Shown here piece after piece: positions 1 through 4,268 of a stretch of 5,141 bases of DNA; position 1 is the first letter of the stretch; each line of letters opens with the position of its first letter. The notes beneath the pieces were generated by a model that saw nothing but the letters and a program-made list of their open reading frames with translations, was not told where the DNA came from and searched no databases. Source of the DNA: a virus; the IMG/VR virus record IMGVR_UViG_3300029698_000123, positions 1-5,141 of that record. One strand, given 5' to 3'. The translations under genes were made by a program, and so were the position numbers.

Positions 1-1
1 A

Positions 2-385
2 GAAACAATTGAAAATAAGAAAAATTTAGCAGAATCAACGCAAAATCGTTCAATTCGGTGGATATCGCATCCCCTTAGTGATGACCTTGCTCAAAAGTTC
101 TCCGTTTCTATCCATACCGAAGAACAAAAAATGTCTTATGTTACTAATGTCTTCGGTCACCGGATTATTGATATTCTGCTTTATCGTCCTGAGTTGCTTT
201 TCCTTGCTTGTTGCAAGTGGGAGCTGTTCTATAATGAACGTCTTCCGTTCTCCCCTCTGGCTCTGACACAGGAAGTCGCGCAGTTCTCGGAATCTTCCCG
301 CATTGCCTTTGAGGAATTTAAAGAAGTCGCTGATGACCCCTCTCCCTTTAGTGAAGTCGGGTTTGATGATATATTTTTATTCTGA
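2..385 (+). CDS. 5'-truncated ORF, probably the C-terminal part of the replication protein (or a gene-X-like product from the internal ATG at 131)
   Basis: Frame 2 is open from the window edge to TGA 383-385. Third codon positions are T/C-biased like the other phage genes. It lies directly upstream of the ssDNA-binding gene, where gII/gX sit in Ff phages. It shares an in-frame 12-nt repeat (His-Pro-Leu-Ser) with the Rep ORF at 5084-5095. Confidence 0.55.
   Translation, partial: ETIENKKNLAESTQNRSIRWISHPLSDDLAQKFSVSIHTEEQKMSYVTNVFGHRIIDILLYRPELLFLACCKWELFYNERLPFSPLALTQEVAQFSESSRIAFEEFKEVADDPSPFSEVGFDDIFLF
67..78 (+). repeat. Left copy of the 12-nt direct repeat gcatccccttag (candidate att core / recombination junction)
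   Basis: Identical 12-mer at 5084-5095. Both copies are in the same reading phase (cat ccc ctt ag) of the ORFs that contain them. Confidence 0.5.
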
Positions 386-403
386 TTAAAGGATGGTTGT
401 TTT

Positions 404-646
404 ATGAAAGCTACTGTAGTTGGTAAGTCCCGCCGCGCTGGCACATCTAAGCAGGGCAAAGACTATGATTTTACTACTCTAATGGTCGAGTATTTCATGC
501 GTGCAAACGATGACAATGAGGGTGTGCAGGTTGATAGAATCAATGTTGACGCTCGTATGATGACGTATGCGCTTATTGTCGTCGGCGCTACGTATGACTT
601 CGACTTTGACCGCAACGGATATCTTCTCGGAATTGAGGAAGTTTAA
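404..646 (+). CDS. Gene-V-like single-stranded DNA-binding protein (80 aa)
   Basis: AAAGGA Shine-Dalgarno (SD) at 388-393, about 10 nt before the ATG. Its size matches Ff gVp (87 aa). The segment RAGTSKQGKDY resembles RSGVSRQGKPY of the M13 gVp DNA-binding hairpin. Its position immediately after the rep/gX-like ORF is syntenic with Ff phages. Confidence 0.7.
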   Translation: MKATVVGKSRRAGTSKQGKDYDFTTLMVEYFMRANDDNEGVQVDRINVDARMMTYALIVVGATYDFDFDRNGYLLGIEEV

Positions 647-682
647 CTTTCTTTTTTCAAACTCAATTTCATTTCCTATGGT

Positions 683-700
683 AGAGCGGTTCGCCGCTCT
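683..700 (+). promoter_or_regulatory. Perfect 7-bp hairpin with a UUCG tetraloop, 5 nt upstream of the tRNA
   Basis: agagcgg-ttcg-ccgctct. No T-tract follows, so it is not a classical terminator. It may be an RNA processing or stability element, or an ssDNA structure. Confidence 0.45.
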
Positions 701-705
701 CACAT

Positions 706-779
706 GGCGGGGTGGTGCAATGGTAGCATGTCACTCTCTGAAGGTGAAGCTGCTGGTTCGAATCCAGACCCCGCAACCA
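706..779 (+). tRNA. tRNA-Gln, anticodon CUG, with encoded CCA
   Basis: A 74-nt cloverleaf drawn by hand. Acceptor 706-712/769-775 has 6 bp plus a G1.A72 mismatch. U8 is at 713. D arm is gtgc-aatggta-gcat, with A14, G18, G19 and A21. Anticodon arm is tcact-ctctgaa-ggtga, with U33, CUG and A37. The variable loop is agct. T arm is gctgg-ttcgaat-ccaga, with the TTC motif, G53-C61 and a G49.A65 mismatch. The discriminator is A776 and CCA is 777-779. Confidence 0.8.
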
Positions 780-826
780 TTTCGGATTGACCTCCGTTAT
801 TTGATGTCGCGAAAGGTGGTGGCGAA

Positions 827-1996
827 GTGAAGAAAAAGCCGCGGTGCTTATTGAAGCGCTTCGCCGCCCTTGTCGCGGCTCTGGTCATTTGTGCGGCTCT
901 GTGTGTTCCTTGTTTTGCTTCTAATAATTGGCCGTTTTCACCTGTTGCTAATGATTTTCTTTCTCATCCTAATTGTTGGTATGTTTGGCAACCTAAATCA
1001 ATTTCTGGTTTTTCTGGTTTTGAGTTGATTTGTCAGCCTATGTTTGAGGAAGGTTCTTCTAATACCCCTGATAATTCTTTTCCTTCTTATTCTACTAATT
1101 CGAATACTTATAGTTATACTAATGTGTCGGGTGTAACTCGTACTTTGATGTATTCTTTCCCTTATATTCCATGTTCTCCTCAGGCTGGTTATTGGTCTGA
1201 TTTGCCCTCTTTTCCTGTTGGTCAACCATCTGCTTATTGTTCTTGTGTCCGCATTTATCCTTGTACTTCTTATGGGTCTTTAAGCGGTATTTCTGACGTT
1301 TTTTCCGATCGTTCTATTTATGGGTTTTTAACTTCTTGGCGTTCTTCCGATTCATCTTCTATTTCTGATTATTATGACAATGAAATCTTAGATTATCTTC
1401 CGCTTTATGTTCCCTCTAATGCTTTCTTTTTTGGCGAGCGTACTTCTTCTTCTTCGTCTTCTTCTGGCTTTGTTATTTGTAATGGTGATAATAATTTTTG
1501 GGCTACTCCGTCTAACGAGAAATTTTTAGGTATTCGGCTTTCTCATTTTGGTTTTTTCAAATCTTTTCCCACTTCCTTTTCTATTCCATCTTCTGAGCTT
1601 GGTTTTGTTTTTTGTAAGCAGCCTTCTGGTACTCCTGAGTATTATAATTCTGTCTTTGATGCTTCTTTGAAATTCGCTGCTTCTCTTTGGGTTCCTGAAT
1701 CTCTGCTTCCTTCCGACGTTCGTGTTGGTGATTGGATTTCTAAATCTGATGTTGAATCGCTTCAAGATCAGCTCGTCAAAGATTTTGGTGTCACTTCCGA
1801 TACTTTGAAAAAATCCGAAGATAACTTGAATTCATGGGGTTCTACTTCTTCTGTTGATTCTGATGTTGCATCGACTTCTATTTCGGCACTCAACGCCTTG
1901 TTTCAGAACCTTGGCGGGTTTCTTTTCGTCGTTTCCCTTATGGTTTTCGGTGCCGTTGTGCTCCGTATGTTTATACGAAAGGCGGTTGACGGATGA
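827..1996 (+). CDS. pIII-like minor coat / host-adsorption protein (389 aa), secreted and C-terminally anchored
   Basis: GTG start, 10 nt after the AAAGG of SD GAAAGGTGG (811-819). N-terminal signal peptide MKKKPRCLLKRFAALVAALVICAALCVPCFA/SNN. The body is Ser-, Pro- and Cys-rich, with a poly-Ser linker. The C-terminal hydrophobic anchor GGFLFVVSLMVFGAVVLRMFIRKAVDG is followed by basic residues, as in Ff pIII. The product call rests on architecture only. Confidence 0.6.
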   Translation: MKKKPRCLLKRFAALVAALVICAALCVPCFASNNWPFSPVANDFLSHPNCWYVWQPKSISGFSGFELICQPMFEEGSSNTPDNSFPSYSTNSNTYSYTNVSGVTRTLMYSFPYIPCSPQAGYWSDLPSFPVGQPSAYCSCVRIYPCTSYGSLSGISDVFSDRSIYGFLTSWRSSDSSSISDYYDNEILDYLPLYVPSNAFFFGERTSSSSSSSGFVICNGDNNFWATPSNEKFLGIRLSHFGFFKSFPTSFSIPSSELGFVFCKQPSGTPEYYNSVFDASLKFAASLWVPESLLPSDVRVGDWISKSDVESLQDQLVKDFGVTSDTLKKSEDNLNSWGSTSSVDSDVASTSISALNALFQNLGGFLFVVSLMVFGAVVLRMFIRKAVDG

Positions 1997-2124
1997 CTTT
2001 TATTAACTTCTTCAAACAGGTCTTCGGTCTTTTTGGCTCCGGTGGCGCTCTCGTCATTGCCGTTGTCGTTTTTCTTGTCGGTCTTGGTATTTATAAGTTC
2101 GTAAAGGATTGGTTGCCATGGTAG
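1993..2124 (+). CDS. Small single-pass membrane protein (43 aa), virion or minor coat candidate
   Basis: Not in the ORF track because it is too short. The ATG overlaps the upstream TGA (ATGA). SD GAAAGG lies at 1977-1982, 10 nt upstream. Sequence is MTFINFFKQVFGLFGSGGALVIAVVVFLVGLGIYKFVKDWLPW. Third codon positions are T/C-rich. Confidence 0.55.
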   Translation: MTFINFFKQVFGLFGSGGALVIAVVVFLVGLGIYKFVKDWLPW

Positions 2125-2285
2125 ACTTTGTTTCCGCTCTTGGCGTTTTTACCTCGTTTATCGCCAATGTGCTTTCTATTTCCTTTTTTGGCTTCGGTAC
2201 TTTTGGCAATTTTATTTTGGTTTGTCTTCTGCTTTCGCTTGTTGGTTTTGTTCTTCGTGGCCTTTGGGATGGAGGTGATAAATAA
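2118..2285 (+). CDS. Small hydrophobic membrane protein (55 aa, probably two TM segments)
   Basis: The ATG lies inside the upstream stop context (ATGGTAG). AAAGG lies at 2103-2107, 10 nt upstream. Sequence is MVDFVSALGVFTSFIANVLSISFFGFGTFGNFILVCLLLSLVGFVLRGLWDGGDK. The TAATG overlap couples it to the next gene. Confidence 0.55.
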   Translation: MVDFVSALGVFTSFIANVLSISFFGFGTFGNFILVCLLLSLVGFVLRGLWDGGDK

Positions 2286-2896
2286 TGGAAGTCCCTACTA
2301 TCATTAAAACTTGGATTGATTCTGATGGCGTGACTGTCTATACGGTTCAGTATGAAGACGGTCGTACCTGTGATATGACTGTTCAGCAGTATGATTATCT
2401 CAAAGCATCTGCTCAGGCTGTTGCCGATTTAGATGCTAAAGGTTCTGCTGAATCTCAGCCGGAAGAAACTCCTGCTCCCTCTGAGCCTGCGCAGAACATT
2501 ACCGAAAGTCCTGACCTCCGCGAAGACTATGTGCCGCAGGAAGATGAGTTGCCGTTTGAAGGGAGTTTAACCGCTTATGATGACCGCGCCGCAGATACTC
2601 CAGCTTTGTATGCTAATCTCCCTGCTGTCTCTAATAGTTTCACTGCTATTATGGATTGGTTTGGTGATACGTTTTTCATCGAACGCTCTGAGACGGTGCA
2701 CAAGTCCGGCTATACGTCTGAAAGGTACTCCTATAATAGTTCGACTCAACTTATTCAGCTTCCTTTTGAGGAGGATACCACTACTACAACTCAGGTTCTC
2801 AACCCGCAAGCTTGCGTTTCTGCTTTGCTTGTTGTCCTTGTCTTCGTTACTACTGTTACTTGGATTAAAAACGCGATTTGGGGGCGCATGAGTTAA
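2285..2896 (+). CDS. Acidic protein with a C-terminal transmembrane anchor (203 aa), function unknown
   Basis: Strong SD GGAGGTGA at 2271-2278. TAATG overlaps occur at both ends. Amino-acid composition is diverse and non-repetitive. It has a Pro/Glu-rich linker and the C-terminal TM ACVSALLVVLVFVTTVTWI followed by KNAIWGR. No signal peptide is apparent. Confidence 0.7.
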   Translation: MEVPTIIKTWIDSDGVTVYTVQYEDGRTCDMTVQQYDYLKASAQAVADLDAKGSAESQPEETPAPSEPAQNITESPDLREDYVPQEDELPFEGSLTAYDDRAADTPALYANLPAVSNSFTAIMDWFGDTFFIERSETVHKSGYTSERYSYNSSTQLIQLPFEEDTTTTTQVLNPQACVSALLVVLVFVTTVTWIKNAIWGRMS

Positions 2897-3009
2897 TGGA
2901 AATTCTTCCTTTTCAGTATTGTTTCGGAATCTTCTCTGTTCCCGAAATTGGTTATTTCATTATTTTCGCTGCTGTTTTTTCTATGTTGGTCCTCCTGTTC
3001 CGTTCGTGA
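2896..3009 (+). CDS. Small membrane protein (37 aa)
   Basis: Start is coupled by TAATG to the upstream gene. Sequence is MEILPFQYCFGIFSVPEIGYFIIFAAVFSMLVLLFRS. Third positions are T/C-rich. It is similar in size to Ff pVII/pIX. Confidence 0.5.
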   Translation: MEILPFQYCFGIFSVPEIGYFIIFAAVFSMLVLLFRS

Positions 3010-3107
3010 CAGGTGACATAAATATCTTTATGAAAGGATGATGACTTCAGGCCGCTACATCTATTCTCGCAACGCTGCTTTCCTTGGTCGGTGAGTTCTT
3101 TACATCG

Positions 3108-3236
3108 ATGGTTACTTGGATGGGTCAGCTCATTGATTTTTATGAGTCCGAGCCTATTCTTCTCGTCTTTGTTATTCTCACTATCGCGGGCATCGTTCTC
3201 CGTATTCTTCGCCGCTGGATTCCCGGTCGTAGTTAA
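3108..3236 (+). CDS. Major coat protein candidate, Pf3-like and leaderless (42 aa)
   Basis: Sequence MVTWMGQLIDFYESEPILLVFVILTIAGIVLRILRRWIPGRS has an acidic N-terminus, one TM helix and a basic C-terminus, which is the classic inovirus coat layout. A strong terminator follows directly, as after gene VIII in Ff. The start is uncertain because the SD is weak; see the finding on 3010-3107. Confidence 0.5.
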   Translation: MVTWMGQLIDFYESEPILLVFVILTIAGIVLRILRRWIPGRS

Positions 3237-3243
3237 ATGCTGA

Positions 3244-3292
3244 GAGAAAACGCCGCCGACCATTTTGATGGTCGGCGACGTTTTCTCGTTTT
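3244..3292 (+). terminator. Long hairpin, Rho-independent terminator-like element between the coat and assembly genes
   Basis: Arms 3244-3263 and 3268-3287 pair at 19 of 20 positions (one C.A mismatch), with loop tttg. The core is GC-rich. The T-rich run ttttctcgtttt covers the 3' end of the stem and the bases after it. An A-run in the 5' arm makes the element look bidirectional. Confidence 0.65.
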
Positions 3293-3934
3293 ATGAAAGG
3301 ATTATATGCTATGCTTTATGGTATTCTTGTCTTTTGTATTTGCTGGCTTTTTGTATATATCGATAATTATTGCAAAAACCCCTATAAATTGGAAGCTGTT
3401 GTTGGTTCAAAAGGCTCTGGCAAATCTCTGTATATGTCTCGCGTTGCTGATAAGTGGCTTCGTTCTAACAAGGGGCTTATCTATTCTAATATGGGTATTG
3501 GTTATGAATTAGAGCCTGAATACTGGAAACAGACCTTTCTTCCTGATTCTCTTATTCTTATCGATGAAATTGGCGTGCTTCATTCCAACCGCGACTTCAA
3601 AACTATGCCCCGTGAAGCAGTTGAGTTTTTCAAGATGCAGCGCAAATATCACCTGACTATTATTGTATCGTCTCAGACCATGGACTTTGACAAAAAGATT
3701 CGTGACCTTTGCGACCGCATCTACCTTTGTAACCGTATTGGCTGGTTCTGTCGTCTCACTCCCTATCGCTCCTGCATTGCTATGGAACATCGCCCCGAGG
3801 GAGGTCAAGAACTGGTTAACACTGTGCGGAAGGCAGGTAGGGCTAAGTGGTATACCATCCCTAAGTCCGTGAAGCAGGTAAGTGCCTTAGAATACGATAC
3901 AGAGCAGGTTATTAGCAAGACCCCCTCTAAATAA
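3293..3934 (+). CDS. pI / Zot-like phage assembly ATPase (213 aa, or 207 aa from ATG 3311)
   Basis: Walker A GSKGSGKS at 3404-3427. Walker B LILIDE at 3551-3568. LILIDEIGVLHSNRDF and FFKMQRKYHLTIIVSSQ parallel M13 pI LLVLDECGTWFNTRSW and FLHARKLGWDIIFLVQD. An N-terminal hydrophobic helix is present. ATG 3311 has the genome-typical AAAGG SD exactly 10 nt upstream, so it may be the true start. Confidence 0.85.
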   Translation: MKGLYAMLYGILVFCICWLFVYIDNYCKNPYKLEAVVGSKGSGKSLYMSRVADKWLRSNKGLIYSNMGIGYELEPEYWKQTFLPDSLILIDEIGVLHSNRDFKTMPREAVEFFKMQRKYHLTIIVSSQTMDFDKKIRDLCDRIYLCNRIGWFCRLTPYRSCIAMEHRPEGGQELVNTVRKAGRAKWYTIPKSVKQVSALEYDTEQVISKTPSK

Positions 3935-3940
3935 AAACTT

Positions 3941-3980
3941 CCCCCCGTGCCCTTTAGGGTCAGGGGGGTTGTTTTTATTT
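3941..3980 (+). terminator. Rho-independent terminator after the assembly gene
   Basis: cccccc...gggggg stem (3941-3968) with an internal loop and an inner ccct/aggg stem, followed by ttgtttttattt. Confidence 0.6.
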
Positions 3981-4164
3981 ACTATTAGTTTTTTTAATAC
4001 ACTTTTTCCTGCATTTGCCGGCATTTTTGCAGGCAGTAGCTTCGTTTAGTCACGCGATAGCGTCTCCACCGCGTCCCCCGTCCCCGCAAGGGCAAAGCCC
4101 TTGCCCTTCCTAAACAGGCTTTTATGGGGTTTCGATACGTAGTGACTGCCGTGACGGCGGGGGC
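3981..4164 (+). other. Structured non-coding intergenic region, candidate replication origin, packaging signal or attP
   Basis: No credible ORF. Direct repeat gcattt at 4011-4016 and 4021-4026, flanking the palindrome tgccggca (4016-4023). Perfect hairpin gcaagggc-aaa-gcccttgc at 4086-4104. Long-range inverted repeat 4066-4082 / 4153-4169 (14 Watson-Crick pairs plus 1 GU out of 17). It is much more GC-rich than the rest of the phage. Its position between the assembly gene and rep matches the Ff intergenic region. Confidence 0.5.
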
Positions 4165-4206
4165 GGTGGGCGTTCGTGTAATACGCCCACCTTTTTTTGA
4201 TTTTTT
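4165..4206 (+). terminator. Rho-independent terminator immediately upstream of the rep promoter
   Basis: Stem ggtgggcgt (4165-4173) pairs with acgcccacc (4183-4191) around a 9-nt loop, followed by tttttttgatttttt. Confidence 0.65.
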
Positions 4207-4207
4207 C

Positions 4208-4236
4208 TTGACAGCTCCTTCATATTGTGGTAACAT
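4208..4236 (+). promoter_or_regulatory. Sigma70-type promoter for rep
   Basis: TTGACA at 4208-4213, a 17-nt spacer, an extended -10 TGG at 4228-4230, and TAACAT at 4231-4236. The predicted transcription start is near 4243, 26 nt before the rep ATG. Confidence 0.6.
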
Positions 4237-4268
4237 TTAACCATGGAAATGAAAGGTGGTTTTCTCAC

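Noticed and set aside
567-830. 87-aa + strand ORF spanning the ssDNA-binding gene end to the pIII-like gene start
   Set aside because: It overlaps the end of the ssDNA-binding gene in another frame and then reads straight through the tRNA gene and its upstream hairpin. The tRNA explains this sequence far better.
2577-2891. 104-aa Leu-rich ORF in an alternative + frame inside the 203-aa gene, plus the similar alternative-frame ORFs 78-266, 3306-3512, 3663-3872 and 4345-4533
   Set aside because: Leu/Ser/Phe-rich hydrophobic translations are the expected artefact of off-frame reading in T-rich DNA. They have no SD and no start coupling. Overlapping genes cannot be excluded in ssDNA phages, but nothing supports these.
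3045-3107. Idea that the phage tRNA-Gln(CUG), with its initiator-like 1:72 mismatch, initiates the coat precursor at CAG 3048, which sits exactly 10 nt after the orphan AAAGG SD
   Set aside because: The coincidence is attractive but unsupported. The tRNA anticodon stem lacks the three consecutive G:C pairs of initiator tRNAs. Third-codon positions of 3045-3107 in this frame are not T/C-biased like real genes here. A 21-codon open stretch with hydrophobic translation is expected by chance in T-rich DNA. It is kept only as a long-shot test, to be settled by mass spectrometry of the coat N-terminus.
3030-3236. TGA recoding (code 4 or 25), which would read ATG-AAA-GGA-TGA-TGA through into a 68-aa precoat with a signal peptide
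   Set aside because: Every Trp in the confident ORFs I checked uses TGG. The long ORFs, including the 389-codon one, contain no in-frame TGA despite the T-rich composition. TGA also terminates the pIII-like gene just after a typical C-terminal anchor, with an ATGA restart. The standard code fits better.
2952-3263. 103-aa minus-strand ORF, plus the similar minus-strand ORFs 229-459, 479-703, 700-888, 998-1225, 1526-1765, 2567-2809 and 3509-3808
   Set aside because: All are antisense to better-supported + strand genes or to the tRNA. They are rich in Arg, Lys, Asn and Glu because they read the A-rich complement. They lack SD motifs and cross terminator hairpins.
4221-4245. Possible dif/XerCD-type recombination site (aacatttaac and surrounding AT-rich bases) near the rep promoter
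   Set aside because: It does not align with the XerC-arm / 6-nt spacer / XerD-arm layout of the dif sites I can recall. The resemblance is limited to a few bases and overlaps the -10 element.
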